Of a stretch of 64,000 nucleotides of DNA, positions 49,270 through 58,210 are shown piece by piece. How positions within the stretch are numbered: position 1 is the first letter of the stretch; each line of letters begins with the position of its first letter. The notes beneath the pieces were generated by a model. The model ran no database searches and was not told the DNA's origin. It was given only the letters and a program-made list of their open reading frames with translations. This stretch comes from an uncultured Gemmatimonadales bacterium (GTDB lineage Bacteria > Gemmatimonadota > Gemmatimonadetes > Gemmatimonadales > GWC2-71-9), in assembly GCA_963771275.1 (NCBI GenBank), contig CAVYSW010000009.1:32001-96000 (forward strand), given 5' to 3'. Made by a program: the position numbers and the translations under genes.

Positions 49270-49905
49270 GTGCGCGTGCTCCTCGCCGTCGCGCTCGCCG
49301 TCGTGCTCGCCACGCCGGCGCCCGCGCAGCAACAACCGACCCCGCAACGCCCCGCGACCTGGAAGGTGCGGTTCGATCGACCGGGGACTCCCGACACCGC
49401 CATCAGCTACGTGACGATGCCCCCAGGATGGCACGTCACCACCGGCCAGGCCGCGATCCTGTACGACCCGGCATGGACCGCGCAGGGCAGCTTCCGCGTC
49501 GAGGCGGAGACCTACCTGTTCACCGGCGACCAGTCCGAGGGCTTCGGGATCTTCTTCGGCGGCCAGCACCTCGACGACGCGCAGCGCACGTACACCTACT
49601 TCCTGATCCGCAAGGACGGCACCTACCTGATCAAGCAGCGACAGGGGGGCGGCACCACGACGCTGGCCGGCTGGATGCCGAGTCCGGCCATCGTGAAGCA
49701 CCCGGGCGGTGACACGAACGTGAAGAACGTGCTCGCGGTCGAGGCCGGGGCGGACTCGGTCCGCTTCCTGGTGAACGGCCAGGCGCTCACCACCCTGCCG
49801 CGCGCCCAGGTGGGGAGCTGCGACGGAACGGTGGGACTGCGGGTGAACCATCATCTGAGCGTGCACGTCACGCGGCTCGACATCGCGCCCGCGCCAGCCC
49901 CGTAG
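49270..49905 (+). CDS. Secreted beta-sandwich (DUF1080/lectin-like) protein
   Basis: GGAGG RBS; signal peptide; GWHVTTG, EGFGIFFGG, FLIRKDG, FLVNG. Confidence 0.7.
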   Translation: MRVLLAVALAVVLATPAPAQQQPTPQRPATWKVRFDRPGTPDTAISYVTMPPGWHVTTGQAAILYDPAWTAQGSFRVEAETYLFTGDQSEGFGIFFGGQHLDDAQRTYTYFLIRKDGTYLIKQRQGGGTTTLAGWMPSPAIVKHPGGDTNVKNVLAVEAGADSVRFLVNGQALTTLPRAQVGSCDGTVGLRVNHHLSVHVTRLDIAPAPAP

Positions 49906-49930
49906 AGCCGCCGCCTGCGGCGGTACGAGA

Positions 49931-50031
49931 CAGGCTGTCCCGATTCGGGACAGCCTGGCCGCCTTGGCCTTCCGCATAAGATATTGGCAATAAACGACAT
50001 AGCGTAATTGCAACGAAGGAACGTGGCTTGC
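49931..50031 (+). promoter_or_regulatory. 27-bp palindrome, AT-rich tract and sigma54-like promoter
   Basis: CAGGCTGTCCCGA-T-TCGGGACAGCCTG (49931-49957); TAAGATATTGGCAATAAACGACATAG; AGGAACGTGGCTTGC (50017-50031, GG-N10-GC). Confidence 0.55.
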
Positions 50032-50098
50032 GTCACCGCAGGCGGGCATGCAGGCCTGCAGCCTGTTTCCCCTTCCCCCCAGCTTCTGGAGATCGGGT

Positions 50099-51331
50099 AT
50101 GATTTCGCCGACCCTTCGCCACCTTGCCCTGCCGGTGGGGCTGCTCGTCCTCGCCGCCTGCTCCGATTCGACCACATCAAACGGGCAGAATCCCACCACC
50201 CCCGTGTTGTCGCGTGACATCACGCTCGACCACCTCGGCCAGGCGATCGACAGCGCACCCCAGCGCGTCGAGATCAAGCTGGTGACGGGCTCGCTGGTCG
50301 CGACCCAGGTCGAGTTGAAGACCGGCGACGAGCTGATGCGCCCCGAGATGCTACGGGGTGGGGTCACGGCGGCTTCCGCGTCGGGTGACGCCGGCACGCT
50401 GACGCTCGACCTCGGCGGGCTCCAGGTGGGATTCGGCGCCGGGACGGAGCTCCGCGCCGCGGACGGAGCCATGCTGACGTCGGCCGACTTCGTGGCCCAG
50501 ATCCAGGCCGCGCTGGCCGCCGGCCAGACGCCGTTCGTGCGCGCCATGCGCCCGGCGCCGGCCCAGCCCCAGGCGCCGGACGACGCCTCGTTCACCGCAA
50601 CCGCCATCCGGCTCACCGACTGCCTCGTCGCTCCCAAGCTCGAGCTCAACGTCGACGGCGACAACTTCGCGCTCAACGATACGCCGCCGCCCAACGCCTC
50701 CTTCCACGTCCTCGGTCTGACGATCGAGGTGCGGGACAGCACCGACATCAGGGGCGATCGCGATCATCGTGAGGACTCCGACGTGCGCGGCTGGGTCGAG
50801 TCGGTGGACGTCGCGGACAGCACGGTGACGCTGACGGACGGCAGGGTGATCGTGATCCTGGCGGAAACCCGGATTGAGGGCGGCGAGGACGAGGATCACC
50901 TCGGCTCACTCGACGCCGTATCCGCGGCCCTTGCGGCCGGCGACTCGATCAAGGCGGAGGCCGAGGGCGTGGTGGACAGCACCGACGCGACGCGGTTTCT
51001 CGCGCGGGAAATCGAGTTCGAGCGGCCCGATCGCGAGCACGAGGGGGACCATCAGGGGCACGACGGTGCCGACCTGATGGAGTTCCACGGGGGTATCACC
51101 ACCGCAAGCGTCGCTGACGGCACTTTCACGATCGGCGACGGCACGCTGGTCAAGCTGACCGACGCGACGGTCATCAGCGATCACGGGGACCTGCACACGC
51201 TCCAGGCGCTCGCCGACGCGCTGGCCGCCGGCACGATGGTCCGGGCTGAAGGGTGGGCGGTGGTCGAGTCCGCCGGGCCGCCGCGCGTGCTGGTGGCGGC
51301 GAAGGTCATGTGGGAGACGGAGGGTTCCTAG
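50099..51331 (+). CDS. DUF5666-like repeat lipoprotein
   Basis: LAAC lipobox; repeated G-V-xx-(V)D...T-I...AL-A-G--V-AEG modules. Confidence 0.7.
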   Translation: MISPTLRHLALPVGLLVLAACSDSTTSNGQNPTTPVLSRDITLDHLGQAIDSAPQRVEIKLVTGSLVATQVELKTGDELMRPEMLRGGVTAASASGDAGTLTLDLGGLQVGFGAGTELRAADGAMLTSADFVAQIQAALAAGQTPFVRAMRPAPAQPQAPDDASFTATAIRLTDCLVAPKLELNVDGDNFALNDTPPPNASFHVLGLTIEVRDSTDIRGDRDHREDSDVRGWVESVDVADSTVTLTDGRVIVILAETRIEGGEDEDHLGSLDAVSAALAAGDSIKAEAEGVVDSTDATRFLAREIEFERPDREHEGDHQGHDGADLMEFHGGITTASVADGTFTIGDGTLVKLTDATVISDHGDLHTLQALADALAAGTMVRAEGWAVVESAGPPRVLVAAKVMWETEGS

Positions 51332-51591
51332 CCGTTCCGGAAGAACGCCGTCACCCATCCGGTTGACGCGGAGGCGCTGCGGGATGTCCGGGCCAGGTCG
51401 GCGGTCGCGTCGGCCGCCTCGGGCATCCCCGGCGCGCGGTCGCACAGCAGCGCGGCGATGGCGCGCAGGTTGAGCCGGTGGCGCGGCTCACGCGCCCGAT
51501 CGAACCACACCACGGGAATCGGGCGCCGCGCGGCGATCGCGCCGGGCAGGATGCCCTCGAGCGAGAACGCGAACAGCAGGGCGGCCAGCAC
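51328..51591 (-). CDS. Possible small hypothetical protein
   Basis: VLAALLFAFSLEGILPG... fills the gap; no recognisable family. Confidence 0.3.
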   Translation of the reverse strand: MLAALLFAFSLEGILPGAIAARRPIPVVWFDRAREPRHRLNLRAIAALLCDRAPGMPEAADATADLARTSRSASASTGWVTAFFRNG

Positions 51592-51883
51592 GGCCGGAAT
51601 GTGGCGGGGCGCGGCTGCGGCGCACAAGCCCCGCCCGCCGCGGAGACGGCGCGCAGTGGCGCGTGGGGCCTTCCCTGGGTACATTGCGCGAGCAGTTGCA
51701 CGAACCGCGAGCTGGCATCCTTTCGTAGGACGGTCCCGCTCAGGAGCGGGTCCGGCGTCAAAGACACGCCCGGTCTGGTCCCCAGGTTCCACAAGGCAAC
51801 ACCGAAGCGACGCTGCCCGCGGCCGTTTGCCGCGCTGGTGGGCGTGCGTGTCTCGACGCTATTTGCAGGAGTCACCGCAGCAC

Positions 51884-53095
51884 ATGCCGTTTGCCGCATT
51901 GGGCCTCAGGCCCGAGCTCGTCCGCGCCATCTCGGAGGAGGGGTACGAAATCCCCACGCCGATCCAGCGCGATACCATTCCCCTCGCTCTCACCGGCCGC
52001 GATGTCGTGGGCTCGGCGCAGACCGGCACCGGCAAGACCGCCGCCTTTCTGCTGCCGATCCTCGATCGGCTCGCCCGCGTGCCGGGCCACCGGCTCCGTG
52101 CCCTCGTGCTCGTCCCCACGCGCGAGCTGACCGAGCAGGTGCTGGAGCGCGCCCAGGCGTACGGGCGCCACCTGGGTCTCCGCGCCGCCGCGATCTACGG
52201 CGGCGTCGGGATGGAGCCCCAGACGCGGGCCCTGGCCCGCGGCCTCGACGTGGCGATCGCCACGCCCGGCCGGTTCCTCGACCACATGGGTCGGGGCCAC
52301 CTCGATCTCTCCGCCATCGAGGTGCTGGTGCTCGACGAGGCGGACCGCATGCTCGACATGGGGTTCGCGCCCGACGTGCGCCGCATTCTCGACGCGCTGC
52401 CGCGGGAGCGCCAGACGCTGCTGTTCTCCGCCACGATCTCCCATGACGTCGATCTCCTGGCGCGGCGCGCGCTCAAGAACCACGCGGAGGTCGAGACGGC
52501 CCGCCGCGCCACCCCCGCCGACGGGATCGAGCACGGCATCGTGGCCGTGGACAAGCTGCTCAAGAAGGACGCGCTGGCCCGCATCCTCCAGCTCGAGTTC
52601 GTCGATCGCTCGCTGATCTTCACCCGGACGAAGTACGGGGCGGACAAGCTCACCCGTCATCTCCGGCACGAAGGCGTGCGGGCCGAGGCGCTGCACGGCG
52701 ACAAGGCCCAGTCCACGCGGCTGCGGACGCTGGAGTCGTTTCGCAACGGCGGCGTGCAGACGCTGGTGGCGACCGACGTGGCGGCGCGCGGCATCGACGT
52801 CGAGGGGATCCAGCTGGTGGTGAACTACGACGTGCCCAACGATCCCGAGATCTACGTGCACCGCGTGGGCCGCACGGCACGCGCCGGGGCGCAGGGATTG
52901 GCGCTCACCCTGATGTCGCCCGACGAGTGGCTGCTCATGGCGGACATCGAGAAGCTGGTGGGGCGGACGTTCCCGCGGGAGACCCTTCCGGGATTCGAGC
53001 CGTCGGTCCCGCCGATCCCGCCGGCTTCCCGCGCGCCGGCCCCGCCGTCGGGGCCCTCGGTGCGCAGCCGCCGCGGCGGTACGCGGCGGCGCTAG
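51884..53095 (+). CDS. DEAD-box RNA helicase (RhlE-like)
   Basis: AGGAG RBS; TPIQ, AQTGTGKT, PTREL, DEADRM, SAT, ARGID, HRVGRTAR. Confidence 0.95.
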   Translation: MPFAALGLRPELVRAISEEGYEIPTPIQRDTIPLALTGRDVVGSAQTGTGKTAAFLLPILDRLARVPGHRLRALVLVPTRELTEQVLERAQAYGRHLGLRAAAIYGGVGMEPQTRALARGLDVAIATPGRFLDHMGRGHLDLSAIEVLVLDEADRMLDMGFAPDVRRILDALPRERQTLLFSATISHDVDLLARRALKNHAEVETARRATPADGIEHGIVAVDKLLKKDALARILQLEFVDRSLIFTRTKYGADKLTRHLRHEGVRAEALHGDKAQSTRLRTLESFRNGGVQTLVATDVAARGIDVEGIQLVVNYDVPNDPEIYVHRVGRTARAGAQGLALTLMSPDEWLLMADIEKLVGRTFPRETLPGFEPSVPPIPPASRAPAPPSGPSVRSRRGGTRRR

Positions 53096-53118
53096 CCGCG
53101 GCGGGAATCCGACCCGGC

Positions 53119-53313
53119 TCAGTCCCGCAACCAGGTCGAGCGGCCGCGTATCCGGCGTGGGATGTCAGCCCGCGCCGGCGCGGGCCGCTGGTGGGCGATC
53201 ACCTTGCCGTTCCGGTCGCTGCGCACCCGCCGTCCGCAGCGGGGGCAGTCGAGCGCTGTGAAAGGCGGCGCGTCAACCGGCCCGCGAAAGTTGCACCACT
53301 GGCTTTGCCGCAC
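53119..53313 (-). CDS. Possible 64-aa Cys/His (zinc-finger-like) microprotein
   Basis: GGAGGGAG before GTG; WC...DCPRCG...IAH. Confidence 0.45.
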   Translation of the reverse strand: MRQSQWCNFRGPVDAPPFTALDCPRCGRRVRSDRNGKVIAHQRPAPARADIPRRIRGRSTWLRD

Positions 53314-53479
53314 GCTGCTCCCTCCGCCTGAGACTGTGCGCCAACGTGCTCGCGGTTTCCATCGCGAGCGCGAGGTGGTACGAGCGCATGAGTCCCGCCT
53401 TCGCAACCGCAGTCATTAGGGTGGCACCCGCGACCCCGGCGAGACCCACCGCCGGGGCCGTGGGTGTCGGCGGAATCGC

Positions 53480-54373
53480 CTAGCTCCGGACCACGATGAG
53501 GAACCGCGACGGCAGCCAGAATCGCTCGGGCTGCGTGATCTGGAGGCTGCCCTTGACCTTCCCGTGGTCGTCCGGCGGCGTGATCAGGTACGTGAGGTCC
53601 TGACGTGACGCGATCTTGTACGTCGCGCTGGAGTCGGGCAGCGGGATGGCCGTCACCATGCGCGTATCGATGGGCGTGAACTCGCTGGGATCGACGTCGC
53701 GCGCCGGCACCAGCGTCTGACCCGCCTTCCCGAAGATGAACAGGACGCGGTGTCCGCCCTCCTTTTCGATGATGCCGCGCTGGAGCAGCTCGTCCTTCGT
53801 CCCGACCACGTAGTACGCCATGCTGGCGTGCGCCTGGATGGTGTCCACCGTATCACGCAGCGCCAGGTTGGCGGCCTCGAGCGTGGTCACCCGCTCCGTG
53901 AGCCCGCTGATGGTGGTCTTCTGGCTCTCGACCAGGGCCTGGACATCCGCCAGCATGTGCTCGAGGTCCGCGACCCGCCCCGTGAGCGAGTCCCCCTTGG
54001 TCGATGCCTGCTTGAGCTGGCGGCGGGCCGTGGCGAGCCGCTGCTCCGTGGTCGCCAGACGCGCGGTCACCTGCTGGACCTTGTACACCAGGTTGTCGCG
54101 CGCGCTGCTGATCGGTGACTCGGCCACGGCATCGCTTTCCTTGAGACCCTTGACCTTCCCCAGCTCGGTGTTGATGTCGTTCATCAACCGGGCGTTGTTG
54201 GCCACCTCCGCGAACAGACTGTCGCGCTGGGCGGTGACCGAGTCCAGTTGGGTCATGCCGGCCCCGCCGAGCTCCGCCTGGGCCTCCCGGGGCACCGCCC
54301 GCTGGCACCCGACGGCCGCGAGCAGCGCCACCGGCAGCCAGCCGAGGTACCGGGCGCTCCGAATCGGTCGCAT
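53480..54373 (-). CDS. Coiled-coil lipoprotein (Cbp1-like C-terminal domain)
   Basis: AVGC lipobox, long heptad region, AYYVVGTKDELLQRGII...FW. Confidence 0.75.
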   Translation of the reverse strand: MRPIRSARYLGWLPVALLAAVGCQRAVPREAQAELGGAGMTQLDSVTAQRDSLFAEVANNARLMNDINTELGKVKGLKESDAVAESPISSARDNLVYKVQQVTARLATTEQRLATARRQLKQASTKGDSLTGRVADLEHMLADVQALVESQKTTISGLTERVTTLEAANLALRDTVDTIQAHASMAYYVVGTKDELLQRGIIEKEGGHRVLFIFGKAGQTLVPARDVDPSEFTPIDTRMVTAIPLPDSSATYKIASRQDLTYLITPPDDHGKVKGSLQITQPERFWLPSRFLIVVRS

Positions 54374-54706
54374 ACGCTCCTCCCTTCTTAGAGTCGTCCT
54401 GGTTGGGCGCGGGATCCCGCGCACGGAGGGCAGCATGCCGACGGGGCGTTAGGTGGGCGTCGCCCGGTTGTCGGGTGGCGCTGGGCGGACGGCGTTAGAT
54501 CGGCCCCCATCGAGTGGCGGCGCCCATCGACGCCCCGCTAACGCCGGCCCGGTACCCTGCGCCCGGAGTTCGCCGGATCGAACGGCGACAACAGTGACCG
54601 GGGATGTCGGGGCGCGCGACGCCGCCGACGGTCTGGGTCCGCGGGCCGTCCCCGCCGCGCGGACCGTATAGATCCGCGGGACGACACAAGCAGACGAGGA
54701 GGGCCC

Positions 54707-55363
54707 ATGTCGCCAATCACCGTGGCACCTGGACGCGACCGGTGGGTGCGGCTGCTGCTGCCCGTCGGGTTTGCGGTGCTGGCGGTCGGGGTGGTCGCGG
54801 CCGCCGTGGTCACGCACAGCAGCAAGGGCATCGAGCAGGTCACCCTGCCGGCCAGCACGGCCATCGTGGCGTCGCTCGAGCACAGCGTCACAACCGAGGG
54901 GGCCGACGTGGGCGACCGCGTGACGCTCCAGACGGTGGACCCGGTCGTCGTGGACGGACAGACCGTGCTCCCGCCCGGCAGCGTGATCCGGGGCGAGGTG
55001 ACGCACGTCAGGGACGGTGGCCGGATCGCCGGCGCGCCCGAGCTGACGCTGCGGTTCACGGAGCTCGAGTCCGGCACGGGCGCGGCGCCGATCACCGCTC
55101 GTCCGCTGCGGCTGCGCGGCACGAGCGACGCCGCCGAGAGCGCGGCCGAGATCGGCGGCGGCGCGGTGGCGGGCGGGATCCTGGGCGGGGTGCTGGGCGG
55201 CGGCAAGGCCGCCGTGGCAGGGGCGGTGCTCGGCGCCGCGGCCGGCACGGCCGTCGCCGTCGCCACCAAGGGCGGGCACATCGTGCTCCCCGCGGGACAG
55301 CGGCTCACGGTCCGGCTGACCGAGCCCGTCACGATCGCGTATCGCGCCGGCTCGCCCGGCTGA
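54707..55363 (+). CDS. Membrane-anchored TrbI/VirB10-like beta domain with glycine zipper
   Basis: GGAGG RBS; TM; LPPGSVIRGEV; IGGGAVAGGILGGVLGGGK...GAAAGT. Confidence 0.75.
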   Translation: MSPITVAPGRDRWVRLLLPVGFAVLAVGVVAAAVVTHSSKGIEQVTLPASTAIVASLEHSVTTEGADVGDRVTLQTVDPVVVDGQTVLPPGSVIRGEVTHVRDGGRIAGAPELTLRFTELESGTGAAPITARPLRLRGTSDAAESAAEIGGGAVAGGILGGVLGGGKAAVAGAVLGAAAGTAVAVATKGGHIVLPAGQRLTVRLTEPVTIAYRAGSPG

Positions 55364-55516
55364 GTCGGTCTAACACCACGTCATTCCATTGATTGACGAC
55401 CCGTCCGGCGGGGAGCGGCCGGGCGGGTCCGCCTCTTGCCTCACCCCGCGGACCCTTGTGAGGCTCTCCTGCCGGGGCGACATTGGCCGGTACCCCAGCA
55501 GGCATGCATCGGCCTC

Positions 55517-58189
55517 ATGACGCGCTACCGACTTCGGACGTTGGGAGGGCTCGCGTTGACACGGCTCGACCAGCCGTCCGACGGGGCGACGCTCGCCAAT
55601 TCCAAAGCGCTGCTGATCGTCGCGATCCTCGCCACGCGGTCGGGGCACACCTCGCGCCGGGCGGACCTGGCCGAGCTGCTCTGGCCCGACGCGGAGCGCC
55701 CGCGGGCGCTCCGGGCGCTCCGCCAGGCCCTGTTCTTCCTCACGCGACACGCCGATGACATGCTGCTGCGCGACGAGGAGACCATCGCGCTCAACCCCGA
55801 CACGCTGGAGGTCGATCTCTGGGAGTTCGACCGGGCGGTCGCCGAGGAGGATCACGCGCGCGTGCTGGAGCTGTACGCCGGCCGCTTCGCCGCCGGACTC
55901 GAGCGCAAGGTGGGCGTCGAGGTAGAACATTGGATCGAAGCGGTGGACACGCGGCTCTCCGTGGCGATCGACGTGGCGTACACCCGGGAGATCGGTCGGG
56001 CCCTGGCGAGCGGCGGGGGCGGGGGCGCGCGCGCGCTCGAGCTGGCCCGCGCGTTCGCGGCCCTGAACCCGCTCGACGAGCAACGCCAGGGCCTGCTCGC
56101 CCGGGCGCAGCTCGCGCACGGCGATCGGGTGGGGGCGCTCCAGACCCTCGAGGAATACCGCCAGCTGGCATCGACCGAGCTGGGCGAGGAGCCCTCGCCC
56201 GAGCTGGAAGAGCGTTTGCGGGTGATGCGCGAGGAGTTGTTCCACGAGTCGTCCCCCACCCCGGCCCAGCCCACCGCCCCGGCGCCGCGCGCGCCGCGCA
56301 TCTCGCAGCCCGTGTTCTCGGTCCGCGGCTATCCGCTCACGCGCACGCGACTCCTGGTCGCCGGAGGGGCCGGTCTGGCCCTGGTGATCGTCCTCTTGGC
56401 CCTGCCGCGCGGCGGCCGCCCGACGAGCGACCCGTTCGCCGGGCTCGAGGGGCGGCTGCTCGCCGTGGTGCGCGACGGCAGCCAGCCGGTCGTGGTGGAG
56501 CTCGCGGTGCACGACACGGCCGTGAGTCAGGCCGAGCGCAAGGACCTCCAGGAGGGGGACCTGCCGTCGCCGGACGGGCGCGCCGTCGCGGGCAGGGTGC
56601 AGGCCGCCGACGGCTGGAACCTCGCGCTGCGGCGCGCCTCGGCGGACCCGCAGGTGATCACGACCAGCGTGGGCGACGAGGTCCCCCTGGCCTGGTCTCC
56701 CGACAGTCGCTACCTGCTCTACGCGGAGCGGCGGCTGCTCCAAGACAGCCGCACGCAGGCGTACTCGCTCGCCGTCTACGATCTCGCCGCCGCCACCTCC
56801 CGGCCGCTGACCGCGCTCACCAGCTCCGACCCGCCCGCCGTCGCCTGGTCCCCGGACGGCACGCGCATCGCCTTCACGGCGAATCCGCAGGGCACGCCCG
56901 GGATCTTCGCGATCCAGTTCGACGGGGCCGAGCTGCGGGACCTGTCCCGCCGCGCGGGATCGGAGGGCGACCCGGCGTGGTCGCCCGATGGCGGCCGCAT
57001 CGCGTTCGTCTCGCGCCGAGGCGGCTCGGTGGACCTCTACAGCATGCGGGCCGACGGCGGCGACCTCGTGCGCCTCACCCACGACGACGCCGAAGAGAGC
57101 CGGCCCGTGTGGCTCTCGCCCACCGTGCTGGCGTTCCTCGCCGGGCCGGAGCGCGCCCGGACGCTCCGCGTGCTCGACACGTTCACCGGGCAGGCGCGCG
57201 ATCTCGACCGGACGGACCGGTTCCTGACCTTGCTGCCCGCGCCGACGGACGGGAAGACCTGGATCGAGCGGCTCGCGATCACGCCGCGGGGCGCCCTGGC
57301 CAGCCCCGGCCAGCACGTCGACCTGGCCGTCGCGATCCTCGGCCCGGGCGGGGATACGCTATCCGGCGACGCGCCACCCATCGCCTGGCACGTGACCGAC
57401 CGCCAGGTGGCCCGCCTCGAGGGACCGGGGCAGCTCAGGGTCCTGAGGCCGGGGCAGACGGCCGTCATCGCGGATGCCGCGGGATGGCGGGCCGACACGC
57501 TGGAGCTGCTGTCGGTGCCGCTGGTGCAGCGCGCCGCGACGCCGGCGTTCGCGGAAACCTGGCGCCGCGGGCTGGACACCACGCGGTGGCATCCGTTCGG
57601 CGACCCCACGCCGCTGGCGCGGCCGACGGGCGGCCCCGGCCGGTCCGGGGTGTTCCTCAACAACGGCGACGCGTTCTTCGCCAGCGGGGTGGTGAGTGAT
57701 TCCGCGTTCCCGCTCAAAGACGGCCTGGGGGTGGAGGTCGAGGGCCGCATGCCGTTCACCGGGCGGCTGCATCAGGAGTTCGGCCTCGCCCTGTACGCCG
57801 AACCGCTCCCCGACAGCGTGCTGGCGTCGGGTCAGGCCCCCGCGCTGGCGGAGTTCCGCGTGCGCGGGCCCAGCGCGGACCAGCCGGGCCAGGCGTGGAT
57901 CAGCACGCCCGAGTGGCGGCAGGACCTGGCGATGCCCGACCAGCCCACCGAGTGGCACGCCTACGCCCTTCAGGTCGAGGTGGACGGCACCGTGGAGCTC
58001 ATCGTGGATGGCGAGCTGCGCTGGCGCTCGCCCACGCCGCTCAAACGGCACGGCGGATCGGTCCGGATCGGCCTCGGCTTCGAGTCGCTCGAAACCGAGA
58101 TCGCGCACGGGCGGCTGCGGGTCTACACGCCGCCCCGCTTCACCCTCCCCCAGCTCACCCTCGACGCCGCGGCGCCGGCCCATCCCTGA
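55517..58189 (+). CDS. Membrane-spanning SARP/BTAD regulator with TolB-like (PD40) propeller, Ig-like and lectin-like domains
   Basis: LRTLGGL...LAELLWPD...LRQAL; P-DE...LG-EPS BTAD; TM; repeated WSPDG. Confidence 0.85.
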   Translation: MTRYRLRTLGGLALTRLDQPSDGATLANSKALLIVAILATRSGHTSRRADLAELLWPDAERPRALRALRQALFFLTRHADDMLLRDEETIALNPDTLEVDLWEFDRAVAEEDHARVLELYAGRFAAGLERKVGVEVEHWIEAVDTRLSVAIDVAYTREIGRALASGGGGGARALELARAFAALNPLDEQRQGLLARAQLAHGDRVGALQTLEEYRQLASTELGEEPSPELEERLRVMREELFHESSPTPAQPTAPAPRAPRISQPVFSVRGYPLTRTRLLVAGGAGLALVIVLLALPRGGRPTSDPFAGLEGRLLAVVRDGSQPVVVELAVHDTAVSQAERKDLQEGDLPSPDGRAVAGRVQAADGWNLALRRASADPQVITTSVGDEVPLAWSPDSRYLLYAERRLLQDSRTQAYSLAVYDLAAATSRPLTALTSSDPPAVAWSPDGTRIAFTANPQGTPGIFAIQFDGAELRDLSRRAGSEGDPAWSPDGGRIAFVSRRGGSVDLYSMRADGGDLVRLTHDDAEESRPVWLSPTVLAFLAGPERARTLRVLDTFTGQARDLDRTDRFLTLLPAPTDGKTWIERLAITPRGALASPGQHVDLAVAILGPGGDTLSGDAPPIAWHVTDRQVARLEGPGQLRVLRPGQTAVIADAAGWRADTLELLSVPLVQRAATPAFAETWRRGLDTTRWHPFGDPTPLARPTGGPGRSGVFLNNGDAFFASGVVSDSAFPLKDGLGVEVEGRMPFTGRLHQEFGLALYAEPLPDSVLASGQAPALAEFRVRGPSADQPGQAWISTPEWRQDLAMPDQPTEWHAYALQVEVDGTVELIVDGELRWRSPTPLKRHGGSVRIGLGFESLETEIAHGRLRVYTPPRFTLPQLTLDAAAPAHP

Positions 58190-58210
58190 CGGGCGGGCGG
58201 GTCCACGCCC

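Noticed and set aside
54707..55363. VirB10-like domain as evidence of a type IV secretion system
   Set aside because: No other T4SS genes are nearby; stand-alone glycine-zipper proteins of this kind are common.
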